From NCBI GenBank assembly GCA_017643645.1, contig JAEPNB010000001.1, positions 450,049 through 514,048 of the forward strand: DNA of 64,000 nt. Reading direction: 5' to 3'. The number at the start of each line of letters is the position of its first letter. Position 1 is the stretch's first letter. Positions 55,001-63,308 of the stretch are shown in pieces. The DNA comes from Balneola sp. GTDB taxonomy: Bacteria; Bacteroidota; Rhodothermia; Balneolales; Balneolaceae. The notes below the pieces were generated by a model that was given only the letters and a program-made list of their open reading frames with translations, was not told where the DNA came from and ran no database searches. The translations under genes were made by a program, and so were the position numbers.

Positions 55001-55302
55001 TAAACGGAGCTCATTATCTGGGACTGGATGATGATATTGGTTCTTTAGAAGTTGGGAAACTCGCTGATCTTATTGTTTTGGACAAAAATCCTTTAGATGA
55101 TATCCGGAATACAAATTCGGTTCATTACACTATGGTAAATGGTCGTTTATTTGATGCTTCGACTATGAATGAGGTTGGCAACCAAACCAAAAACCGACTG
55201 CCATTTTGGTGGGAGCGCAATGATTATGGTGATGAATTCGATTGGCATGCCATTTCTCTGGAAGCTGCAGGACTGCAGTGTACTTGTTTTGGAGATCAAT
55301 AG
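52030..55302 (+). CDS. Secreted PD40/TolB-type beta-propeller protein fused to an amidohydrolase domain
   Basis: 1090 aa with a signal peptide and at least 8 SPDGK-type repeats. The C-terminal metal-dependent hydrolase has IMPGIVDAHAHLG and later HTGIEHN and DLIVLD motifs. Confidence 0.85.
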   Translation: MNYLYTILLALLFISTSSAQDKWDVSNPDLGESTSHSFTTSEGTWMNLDVSPDGKQIVFDLLGDIYIMPIKGGNATLLRGGHAFEVQPRFSPDGNHISFTSDAGGGDNIWIMDRNGENATQVTKENFRLLNNSTWMPDGEYIIAKKHFSSTRSLGAGEIWMYHKSGGSGIQLVEKKNEQQDIGEPSVSPDGRYIYYSEDNYPGGFFQYNKDPNSQIYVIRRYDTKEGDIETVTGGNGGAARPQISPDGKHLAFVRRVRTKSVLYLRDLSSGKEWPIYENLSKDQQEAWAIFGVYTNFNWMPDGKEIIIWANGKINKINVESREASVIPFEVESSHTIYNAARFKQEVAPDKFTVKAIRNAVTSPDGKTLAFSAAGYLWTKALPNGTPNRLTRATDFEFEPAFSPDGKLLAYVSWSDEDMGALNVVNLLTKDRFKRPTVLTKEKGIFREPSFSPDGKTIVFRRESGNGQQGFVHTLNPGIYTIPTTGGEPTNLDVNGSFPRFNAAGDRIMYQSGGYIFGAINKSYNSVDLDGEDQKTLFTSSYGHEFVPSPDGKWMAFSNLYKVYIAPMTYPGKTIELSPNTKSIPVSLVASEGGYHMHWSADSKKLMWTLGEEYFSVDLKDSFKFVEGAPDSLPEPPKTGLNIGLELDTYVPEGTIAFTNARIITMNGDEVIENGTIVVEANKIKAIGANVSVPDGAKVIDASGKTIMPGIVDAHAHLGNFRLGLSPQQQWEYFANLAYGVTTAHDPSSNSEMVFSHSEAIKAGNMIGPRVFSTGVILYGADGAFKATVNSYDDALFALKRTKAFGAFSVKSYNQPRREQRQQIMKAAKELEMMVVPEGGSFFFHNMSMILDGHTGIEHNIPVVPLYKDVQELWSNSGTGYTPTHIVNYGSMSGEYYFYQKDNVWENEKLLTFTPRSVIDPRSRHRTMIPDEEYEHGHIKTAESSKLLTDAGVKVNLGAHGQLQGLGAHWELWMMSQGGMTNMEALRVATLNGAHYLGLDDDIGSLEVGKLADLIVLDKNPLDDIRNTNSVHYTMVNGRLFDASTMNEVGNQTKNRLPFWWERNDYGDEFDWHAISLEAAGLQCTCFGDQ

Positions 55303-55315
55303 AATAAGAAGACCA

Positions 55316-55345
55316 GAGCAGAAACAAATTTCCTTGTTTCTGCTC
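55316..55345. terminator. Strong hairpin between convergent transcription units (possible bidirectional terminator)
   Basis: GAGCAGAAACAA-atttcc-TTGTTTCTGCTC is a perfect 12-bp stem. There is no clean T-tract on the plus strand, while the minus-strand side is followed by TGGTCTTCTTATTCT. Confidence 0.5.
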
Positions 55346-55377
55346 ACTAATCATAGTAATTGCTTTCTTATTCTACT

Positions 55378-55771
55378 CTAATCTTCTTCTCGCTTATCTA
55401 CTACCAATCCTTTGAACGTACCGTTTCTTACTTTTACGGTGTCCGAATAAGATCTTAAATGATCAGCCCGGGGATTTCTATCTATCAAAAAGGTTGCCGA
55501 AAAAGTTCCTCGTATAATCCACTCATCCTTTTCATTACGGTCATGAAAAATTTCCACATAACCCGAATCTCCTTCATATACAATAGGCCTGTAAGTTGCG
55601 ATAGTGACGTCATAATCATTTTCTCTAAATGCTCCACCTGAACGCCTCTTTTTGATCGTTCTCCAATACCTGCACCGTTTGCCCCACCATATTGTACAAT
55701 GTTACCGTAACTTGTTGAGAAGTTTTCAACTCATAGGGTGTGACGAGAGGCGGGAAATCAGGATCCAAAAG
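55378..55771 (-). pseudogene. Probable decayed or frameshifted gene downstream of the kinase gene
   Basis: Two overlapping minus-strand reading frames lack proper starts. Frame B (55625-55768) reads ...DPDFPPLVTPYELKTSQQVTVTLYNMVGQTVQVLENDQKEAFRWSI*, which resembles a T9SS sorting-domain core. Frame A (55378-55701) reads ...GGAFRENDYDVTIATYRPIVYEGDSGYVEIFHDRNEKDEWIIRGTFSATF...KREED*. Confidence 0.35.
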
Positions 55772-55816
55772 TTAAAAACCAAAACGGCAATTTTATCTGC
55801 AGGGATGAAGAGGTTT

Positions 55817-57604
55817 TTAGCGATGTTCTTTTTTGAATGAAAGCTTAAATATGGTGCCACTTTGATCTTCTCTGTTTTCAAATAAATAGGTACCATCCAA
55901 CTGTCCGGTTAACGTTTTCATCAGTGTAAAACCCAGAGAGTTGATTTTTTTCTTTCCCTTTTTTACTTCCTTTAAACCTTTTCCACTGTCTGTTACCTCT
56001 ACTTCAATTCTGCCTTCTCTTTCTGTTATATAAATTGAAATCTCCCCTTCTACCGCTTCAGTGAATGCGTGCTTATACGCATTTACAAGTACTTCATTTA
56101 TTAACAATGAACATGGGATGGCTTGGTTTACATTCAGAGATACATCCTTCACATGGGTCTTTACATTCACCGTTTTCTTTTCCGAGAAGTAAGTAGAATT
56201 AATATTCTGAACCAAGTCTTTTATATATTTTTCATAATCTATATACGCTAATGAATCGCTCCCATAGAGTTTCTCATGAATCAATGCTATTGACTTTACT
56301 CTAAGTTGGCTTTCTGTCAATACCTTGTTTACTTCCTCACTCTTAGTTTGCATGATCTGCAATTGTAACAAACCGGAAACCACCGCAAGATTATTCTTCA
56401 CTCGGTGATGAATTTCAGCAAGCATTACGTTTTTCTCTTCAAGCGACTTTTTTATCTCATTTTCAGCATTTTTAAGTTCAGAAATATCCCGAACTACTAT
56501 TACACTTCCCTTTTTTTCTCCATCTTCAATTAGTGCAGATTCAGAAAATAAAACAGGTACTTTTTTATCTCTGATTGTCTGCAGCTGATATTCTTCCTTT
56601 CTTGTTTCATTAGATGCTTCTTTGGGCTCAATAAGGTTAAAAAAAGCAGATATCGGCTTTCCAACCAATTCACTTTTTTTCAGTTCCAGCATTTCTACTC
56701 CGGCTTCATTCAATCTCTTCAAAATACCGTTGTTATCTATAACAAAAATACCCTCACTTATAGATTCCATTAAATTATCAAGGTATGTGCTGGAAATTGT
56801 TTGTTCCTGCAAATTTTCAGCCATGGTATTAAATGCTTTGGCTACATAGCTGAATTCATCCTTACTTCCAACTTCAACTCGTTGATCAAGATCTCCCTCA
56901 CCTACTTTTTTTACTGAATACGACAGTGCCTGAAGAGGATTAATTATTGAGCGATACAAAAACATCGCTATAACTACTCCAATAACTAATATGACGAAAG
57001 TAGCGAAATAGTTTATTATTCGTCCTCTCCTTAACTTTTCATCCAGATCATTAATCATCAAATCCTGTCGCTCAATCGTCATCGTCCTGATTTCTTCGAA
57101 CTTTGGGATAATATTATTCAGGAAATATGGTGCAATTGAAGACAGAAAAAGCACGTTTGATTTGGTTACTAAATCCTCTTCCATATCCAGCCAATCCTTA
57201 GACAAGCTTTCATATAAAACCACCCTTTGCTTTAGTTCAAATACTTCTTCAGTAAGCATTGGTCTGTCGGCAATTATTTTTTGTAGTTCCTCGCTTGAGG
57301 AATAAAAAGCTTTAATCCCTTTTTCATATCCTGATTTTGATTTACTGTGAAGAGGAACATCTCTGATATCTCTTATTTTCTCTCTCGATGTTCGTGTTTC
57401 ATGGATCAGATTCAAATAGATCAAAGTCTGATATAGCCCTACTTCCATCTGGTTGGTATAATCAACAACCGCAGTAGCATTTTTACTCTCCAGAAACTGC
57501 TCATTATTAATATCTGTGTAGTAAAACTCCCACACGAAACCAATTCCAATAAGTAAAACAGCTAAAAATATAAAGCTGGATATTATTTTACGTTCTAAAG
57601 TCAA
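55817..57604 (-). CDS. Sensor histidine kinase (TM, HAMP, PAS, HisKA_2, HATPase)
   Basis: 595 aa. TM segments at the N-terminus and at ~200 aa, HAMP-like PLQALSYSVKKVGEGDLDQRVEV, a PAS-like segment, EIHHRVKNNLAVVSGLLQLQ, and NAYKHAF...DSGKGL. Confidence 0.85.
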   Translation of the reverse strand: MTLERKIISSFIFLAVLLIGIGFVWEFYYTDINNEQFLESKNATAVVDYTNQMEVGLYQTLIYLNLIHETRTSREKIRDIRDVPLHSKSKSGYEKGIKAFYSSSEELQKIIADRPMLTEEVFELKQRVVLYESLSKDWLDMEEDLVTKSNVLFLSSIAPYFLNNIIPKFEEIRTMTIERQDLMINDLDEKLRRGRIINYFATFVILVIGVVIAMFLYRSIINPLQALSYSVKKVGEGDLDQRVEVGSKDEFSYVAKAFNTMAENLQEQTISSTYLDNLMESISEGIFVIDNNGILKRLNEAGVEMLELKKSELVGKPISAFFNLIEPKEASNETRKEEYQLQTIRDKKVPVLFSESALIEDGEKKGSVIVVRDISELKNAENEIKKSLEEKNVMLAEIHHRVKNNLAVVSGLLQLQIMQTKSEEVNKVLTESQLRVKSIALIHEKLYGSDSLAYIDYEKYIKDLVQNINSTYFSEKKTVNVKTHVKDVSLNVNQAIPCSLLINEVLVNAYKHAFTEAVEGEISIYITEREGRIEVEVTDSGKGLKEVKKGKKKINSLGFTLMKTLTGQLDGTYLFENREDQSGTIFKLSFKKEHR

Positions 57605-57699
57605 AATTCTGTAACCCGTTTTTCCATCTTCGGAATTTATTCAAACACATGAGCAATAACCATTTCTGAAGGTTATAAAATCCTCATGTAACAATTGGG

Positions 57700-59769
57700 T
57701 CAGTAATTACTCAGATAATCTAACTTCTTTTTGATCTTATCTACTGTAGGCAATACAGATTCCATTAAGCCAACATTATAGGGAACCGGGATATCAGGCA
57801 TTGTCAGTCGTTCAACAGGGGCATCTAAATCACTAAATCCTTCTTGTGAGAGTATTGCCGAAATTTCAGCTCCAAAACCAGCTGTTTTATTATCTTCATG
57901 AACAATTAAACATTTATTGGTTTTAGCCAAAGATTTCAGACAGGCTGCTTTATCCCAAGGCATAAGCGTTCTGAGATCCAGAATATCTGCTGAAATTCCA
58001 GTCTCTTCCACAGCCTGTTCACTACGTTCACACATGGCACCCCAGGTTATTATAGTCACCTCACTTCCTTCTTTTAAAAGCTTAGCTTTTCCAAATGGAA
58101 CTACAAACTCATTTCCGGGATATGGCTTCCTTGCATATTTAGCGTCTAACAAGTTTCTGTGCTCAAAGAACATGGTTGGGTTGTTTGATCGCATTGCACT
58201 TCTCAGGAGTCCAACAGCGTCTTCAGCATTGCTCGGCATTGCTACCTGCCACCCAATAGCGTGAGTGAAAAATACTTCGTTACTCATACTGTGCCATGGA
58301 TCTCCACATTTAGCAAATCCCCCGGGCATTCTAACTACAATTGGAGCTGCAAACCGATTCGCTGTTCTCCATCTTGTTGTTCCACAATTGTTCAACTGTT
58401 CGGTAGCAGGATCAGCGTATTTTCTGAACTGGATTTCTGCCACGGGCATCAAGCCGGCATATGCCATTCCTACCGAACGTCCTATAATTCCTTCCTCTGA
58501 TAAACTGGTATCGAAAACACGATCTTCACCGAATTTGGACTGTAGATCCATTGTGGCGGCATGAACCCCGCCTTTCAATCCAACATCTTCTCCAAAAACC
58601 AGAAGTTTTTTGTTGGTTTCAAGCTCATAAGCCAATGTCCTTCTGATGGCTTCAACAATATTAATCCGTTGCTTTTCGGGAGTAGGTGTTTCGCTTTCTT
58701 CCGGGAATTCATGCCCTTCAACTGCTAAACCGCCAATTGTTTGTAGTTCTTCAGCAAATGCATGCTTCTCTGTGGTTGAAGCATCCGGTTCTGGACGGGC
58801 AAGTGCAGCTTTAGCTGTTTCGTCAATAGTTTCTTTAGCTTTTTTCTCCAGATTATTCCAAACTCTTTCCGTTAAAGTATCAGGAACAAGATATTTTTTC
58901 AGAGTATCTAAAGGATCATTTTGCTTTTCCTTCTCAACCAGTTCTTCGGGCTTGTAAGCTTGGTTATCCTGGTAAGAATGGCCATTCAACCTTGGAACCT
59001 TTAATCGGATCATGGTTGGTCCTTTTCGGTCTCTGACTGATTTCACTGCTTCTTCCATAAGTTCAGCAGCTTCTTCAGGATCTGTTCCATCACCTTCAAT
59101 AATTCTGAGGTTTTTGAAGGATTGAAGATTATCAGTTATTACACCTCCGGGTGTTTGAAATTCACTGGTTACAGAAATTCCGTAACCATTATCCTCAATA
59201 TAAAATAGAACCGGAAGATTCTGAGTTGTAGCAATTGTTAAAGCAGACCAAAAGCCATTGGTAGCAACAGAACCATCTCCACCCAAAATTACTGCAATGG
59301 CTCCTTCATACTTCTTCTCTTTTAAAACTTTCCTTCTGTACTCAATTGCCTGAGCCCAACCAATTGCCGGAGTGTATTGGGAACCTACATCGCCTGCCAT
59401 CGGCAATACTTTTACAGAGTTTTCATCCGGTTTATTACACACCACTCCAATATCTCTTCCGTCACTATAGCTACCGGATTTACCCATTGGCGCTGCCATA
59501 GCATCTTCAAGATCCAACCCCAATGAAAGTAAAAGTGGCCTGGAACGATAGTAGGCACTTGCTGCATCATTATTGTTGGTTAATAGTTTACCTAAAAGAA
59601 TTTGACCAAGTTCATGACCACGAGCTGAAAATTGATACAATACATCTTTATTCGGAACTAATTCTGTCTCTTCTTTCTCGTCCATTGCCCTCGATGTAAG
59701 CATCAAACTTGCAACATCACGCCAATCAACTTTAGTATTACCTTTACCTTTTTTCTTTTTGGTAGCCAT
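57700..59769 (-). CDS. 2-oxoacid (branched-chain-type) dehydrogenase E1 component, fused alpha and beta subunits
   Basis: 689 aa. The N-terminal half is a TPP-binding alpha-like region (ILGGDGSVATNGFWSALT, YIEDNGYGIS). The C-terminal half is a beta-like transketolase pyrimidine-binding region (FGEDVG..GGVH, EEGIIG...G.A..G). Confidence 0.82.
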   Translation of the reverse strand: MATKKKKGKGNTKVDWRDVASLMLTSRAMDEKEETELVPNKDVLYQFSARGHELGQILLGKLLTNNNDAASAYYRSRPLLLSLGLDLEDAMAAPMGKSGSYSDGRDIGVVCNKPDENSVKVLPMAGDVGSQYTPAIGWAQAIEYRRKVLKEKKYEGAIAVILGGDGSVATNGFWSALTIATTQNLPVLFYIEDNGYGISVTSEFQTPGGVITDNLQSFKNLRIIEGDGTDPEEAAELMEEAVKSVRDRKGPTMIRLKVPRLNGHSYQDNQAYKPEELVEKEKQNDPLDTLKKYLVPDTLTERVWNNLEKKAKETIDETAKAALARPEPDASTTEKHAFAEELQTIGGLAVEGHEFPEESETPTPEKQRINIVEAIRRTLAYELETNKKLLVFGEDVGLKGGVHAATMDLQSKFGEDRVFDTSLSEEGIIGRSVGMAYAGLMPVAEIQFRKYADPATEQLNNCGTTRWRTANRFAAPIVVRMPGGFAKCGDPWHSMSNEVFFTHAIGWQVAMPSNAEDAVGLLRSAMRSNNPTMFFEHRNLLDAKYARKPYPGNEFVVPFGKAKLLKEGSEVTIITWGAMCERSEQAVEETGISADILDLRTLMPWDKAACLKSLAKTNKCLIVHEDNKTAGFGAEISAILSQEGFSDLDAPVERLTMPDIPVPYNVGLMESVLPTVDKIKKKLDYLSNY

Positions 59770-59786
59770 GTAACTTTTATAAATTC

Positions 59787-60902
59787 TTAACTATTAATCA
59801 TTACTTTTTTGAAACACTTTTCAAAGTGATCCATTTCTTCTTCAATTCCTACAGTAATCCGTACACAATTTGGTAAACCAAATGCATTGATCCTTCTTAA
59901 AATAACACCTTGTTCTAACATTTTTTGAGTAAAATCCACGGCTGCTTCTTCTGTGGGTAAAATCATCATCACTGAATTCGAAATTGATTTTTTGTAATCA
60001 ACCTCATGCTCATCAAAGAACTTATAAAGTCGTTCTTTTCCTTCGTTTACAACCCTTACGCTTTTTTTCAAAAAATCTTCGTCATTAAAAGCGGCCAATG
60101 CAGCTGCTTGCCCTAATGTTGTCGGTTCAAACGTGAGCTTTGTCTTTAGCAGATTATTAATAATCTCTTCCTTAGCAATACCGTAGCCTACTCTGAAACC
60201 CGCAAGTCCGTATGCTTTTGAAAAAGTCCTGAGCACAATCACATTATCATGATTATAATCCAGAGCTTTAGGGTAATCCTCCACTTCTTCAGCAAATTCA
60301 TAATAAGCCTCGTCAGCAATTACCAGAACCTCTTTGGGAACTTGCTCCATCAACCATTCATATTCTTTCTTGTTGATGTAAGTTCCTGTTGGGTTATTTG
60401 GATTTGCAAGATAAATCATTTTTGTTTGATCATCTATCGCATTTACGATCGCTTTTACATCGAATCTGTAATCCGAAGTCATTGGAATCTTCTTAAGGTG
60501 AATTCCCCTCACACCGGCCTGAACAAAAAATCCAACGAAAGTTGCTTCAGCGGTTATTGCATTTTGTTTATTCAGGAAGAAAGTTCGGCACAACATGGAA
60601 AGCAGACTCTCAGAACCTGAAGCTAAAATCACTTCGGTTTCTTTAACATTATTCTTTTGAGCAATAGCTTTTCTTAACTTGCGCGCAATTGGATCCGGAT
60701 AGTCCTGAATTTCTTTCAAAGCTTCCAGTACAGCCGGCTCAACTTTAGGACTACACCCCAAGCGGTTTTCATTAGACGCCAGCTTCGAAATCTTTTCAGG
60801 ATTATAAGCTTCTTTTACTTCAGCGATCGTTTTTCCTGCTATATACCTTTTCAACTGTTCTATATTTTTTGGTACAAGAGGTTGTATTCGATTTTCGCTC
60901 AT
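59787..60902 (-). CDS. Histidinol-phosphate/aromatic aminotransferase (class II PLP aminotransferase)
   Basis: 371 aa. LASNENRLG, NPNNPTG, DEAY.EF, and the PLP lysine region RTFSKAYGLAGFRVGY. The substrate (hisC-type or aromatic) cannot be decided from sequence by eye. Confidence 0.82.
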   Translation of the reverse strand: MSENRIQPLVPKNIEQLKRYIAGKTIAEVKEAYNPEKISKLASNENRLGCSPKVEPAVLEALKEIQDYPDPIARKLRKAIAQKNNVKETEVILASGSESLLSMLCRTFFLNKQNAITAEATFVGFFVQAGVRGIHLKKIPMTSDYRFDVKAIVNAIDDQTKMIYLANPNNPTGTYINKKEYEWLMEQVPKEVLVIADEAYYEFAEEVEDYPKALDYNHDNVIVLRTFSKAYGLAGFRVGYGIAKEEIINNLLKTKLTFEPTTLGQAAALAAFNDEDFLKKSVRVVNEGKERLYKFFDEHEVDYKKSISNSVMMILPTEEAAVDFTQKMLEQGVILRRINAFGLPNCVRITVGIEEEMDHFEKCFKKVMINS

Positions 60903-61039
60903 TAAATGAATTTTATTCTGGTTTTATAGGACTCCAAAGATATTCAGAAAAAGCGCTTTTTCTAAACTCCTTTTCCCTAAAAAGTAAATGTTTTGTAAAC
61001 AAACAGCATTCCTTAACTTCGGGAAAACAAAATATTGGA

Positions 61040-61732
61040 ATGAAAACTATTGTAATTACAGGAGCCAGTAAAGGAATTGGATTTGAAACAGCGCTAAGCC
61101 TGTTAGAGCAAGACATTAATGTTGTGGCTATAGCCAGATCAACGGATCAGTTGAAACAACTTAAGTCTGAGGCTTCTTCACCAAATTTAACACTTATCAC
61201 TGCTGATGTAACCAATGCGGAAGATTTAAAAAAAATTATTGCCGAAATCGAAGATATAGGTATGGTTGACGGGTTAATTAATAATGCCGGGATGGTATTA
61301 AATAAGCCTTTTTCGGAAACTACTTCCAAAGAGTGGAAGGCTGTTTTCGATGTTAATTTTTTTGCACCAGTTCATCTTATAAAATTAATGAAGCCCTTTT
61401 TCAGAAAAGATTCTCATATTGTAAATATCAGTAGTATGGGAGGGTTTCAGGGAAGTGACAAATTCTCTGGCTTATCTGCTTACTCTACAGCTAAAGGTGC
61501 TCTGGCAATTTTATCAGAATGTTTAAGTACAGAATTTTCTTCTAGCCGAATTGCTGTCAACTGCCTGTGCCTCGGTGCAGTACAAACAAAAATGCTTGAA
61601 AAAGCTTTCCCGGGATATCAGGCTCCTGTTCAACCGAATGAGATGGGATCTTTCATATCTGATTTCGTTTTGAACGCCCACAGATTTATGAATGGCAAAG
61701 TAATTCCGGTATCATTAAATAATCCTGAATAG
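61040..61732 (+). CDS. Short-chain dehydrogenase/reductase (SDR)
   Basis: MKTIVITGASKGIG (TGxxxGxG), NNAG, and the S...Y..AK catalytic pattern (SAYSTAKGAL). I prefer the ATG at 61040. The track start at 60869 overlaps the divergent aminotransferase gene. Confidence 0.85.
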   Translation: MKTIVITGASKGIGFETALSLLEQDINVVAIARSTDQLKQLKSEASSPNLTLITADVTNAEDLKKIIAEIEDIGMVDGLINNAGMVLNKPFSETTSKEWKAVFDVNFFAPVHLIKLMKPFFRKDSHIVNISSMGGFQGSDKFSGLSAYSTAKGALAILSECLSTEFSSSRIAVNCLCLGAVQTKMLEKAFPGYQAPVQPNEMGSFISDFVLNAHRFMNGKVIPVSLNNPE

Positions 61733-61785
61733 CTTTGGAATCGCACTTCAAGAATCGTTAAATTTGTTTAACCAAATCACTACAG

Positions 61786-62451
61786 ATGAATAAAGTTTTT
61801 TTACTAATTGCAGCCCTCTTTTTGAGTTTAAGTATAACAACCAGCTCTTCGAAAGCCCAAACCGTAGAACTGCTTGCAGGTAATACTTTAAATGGTGCCG
61901 TGCAGGGAACTTTGCTCGGAGGAGCATCAATGGCCCTATCTAATTCTGATGACTTCTCAGCTTTAAGAATCGGAGTTGGTCTAGGAACACTTTACGGTGT
62001 TGGTATGGGTGCGTATGACATCACAACCGGAGGCGGACAAGAAGTACTGGTTTCAGGCTTATTCAATGATGGAAACAATAGCAGTATCATTGTTTTGCTC
62101 GATACTTTTTATGGCGCTGCTTTGGGATCAGTAGTTGTAGTAGCTGTGACACTGGTTGCCAACGAGAGAATTACAACAGGGCTCCAATATGGAGCAGGAA
62201 TAGGTGCATGGGCCGGATTTGGATTTGGGATTTTTGATACCTTTGTGCTTGCTGAAAGAACTTTTGCTCCTGTTGTTGCAGCAAATGTAAATCAAAATGC
62301 CAGTGGCTTAATCGGAATGAACTTTGAAAATAAATCTAGCTTTGGTTTTATTAACCCAATTTTTATCCGAACTTCTGAAATTACCAAAACTGACTTCAAT
62401 TCTATTCTAAGTCCTGCCGTAGAAGTCGTTAATTTCAGACTGAATTTTTAA
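61786..62451 (+). CDS. Hypothetical Gly-rich secreted/membrane protein
   Basis: 221 aa with a signal peptide and Gly/Ala-rich hydrophobic stretches. The C-terminus is ...VVNFRLNF. No family recognised. Confidence 0.55.
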   Translation: MNKVFLLIAALFLSLSITTSSSKAQTVELLAGNTLNGAVQGTLLGGASMALSNSDDFSALRIGVGLGTLYGVGMGAYDITTGGGQEVLVSGLFNDGNNSSIIVLLDTFYGAALGSVVVVAVTLVANERITTGLQYGAGIGAWAGFGFGIFDTFVLAERTFAPVVAANVNQNASGLIGMNFENKSSFGFINPIFIRTSEITKTDFNSILSPAVEVVNFRLNF

Positions 62452-63308
62452 TCGGTCGCAACTTTAGATTCTGATAATTTCTTAAGCACCAGACGAACCG
62501 TATTCATATGGCCTGTTAATGAATGATGTAAGCCATCGGCAACATAATTCCAGGCTTCGGGTCCTTCTTTACCCATTCTGCTTCCTAAGGAATCTATAAT
62601 TACACCATCTTTACCGGCAACCAGCTGTCTAACCTGTTGTAGATCTTCCTCTTGAATTGTGTATTGATATAAAGGGTTCTCTGCAAGCAATTCTAAAATT
62701 ACCGGTGTTGGAGTAATCCAAATAACCGGATTGGAAACGTATTCACCTACAATATTTTGGATGGATTCCAGATTTTCCCATGTAACTGACAGAGGAGTTA
62801 TAGTTCTGTCAGGAACAATATTCAATCTCTGGGCATCATAAGTTCCTAAAGCAACAAATACCCAGTCCGGCTCATTGATAAGAACATCTCTGTCCAATCT
62901 TTTTAAAGCTTCTGAAGATGTTTCTTCTCCGATAGCAGCATTAATAAAAGTAAAGTCTGCCTTTTCAACCGAAAGCTCCAGAACTTGTTTTAAAATTTCG
63001 AACCATCCTTGCCCGTCTTCGGTTATTGAGTCACCTAATACAGCGATTGTCTCGGAGCCATCAAGAGGTAAAGAATCAAGACAATCAATTATGGCATCTT
63101 CCTTCAGCAGTTCCAGTGCAGCTTGCTTTGCATTCTGAGTTATATTTTCTCTGTAGCTTTTTAATTCTTCTTCTGAAATACCTAACAATAAAGACTCGGC
63201 CTTTTTATCTGCTTTTCCCGGAAGTAATGGGAATCTCTTTTCAAGATGAAAGAATGGAATAGTAAACTGTTCCAGTATTGCTTTAATTTCTTCTGAGGTC
63301 TTAGCCAT
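62448..63308 (-). CDS. SGNH/GDSL-family hydrolase
   Basis: 286 aa. Block I is IAVLGDSITEDG, and the C-terminal D..H block is ADGLHHS. Confidence 0.72.
   Translation of the reverse strand: MAKTSEEIKAILEQFTIPFFHLEKRFPLLPGKADKKAESLLLGISEEELKSYRENITQNAKQAALELLKEDAIIDCLDSLPLDGSETIAVLGDSITEDGQGWFEILKQVLELSVEKADFTFINAAIGEETSSEALKRLDRDVLINEPDWVFVALGTYDAQRLNIVPDRTITPLSVTWENLESIQNIVGEYVSNPVIWITPTPVILELLAENPLYQYTIQEEDLQQVRQLVAGKDGVIIDSLGSRMGKEGPEAWNYVADGLHHSLTGHMNTVRLVLKKLSESKVATD

Noticed and set aside
55625-55701. Programmed ribosomal frameshift joining the two minus-strand frames downstream of the kinase
   Set aside because: There is no slippery heptamer or downstream structure that I can see, and neither frame has a credible start. 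Gene decay or an assembly indel is the simpler explanation.
60869-61039. Long 5' extension of the SDR gene (track start 60869), and similar extensions for murD (18669), rsmH (12611), the M61 peptidase (31379) and cobB (internal M at 63804)
   Set aside because: The extensions overlap neighbouring genes or lack similarity to the family N-termini. Canonical N-terminal motifs begin at the internal starts I list. For cobB the true start is beyond the window edge.
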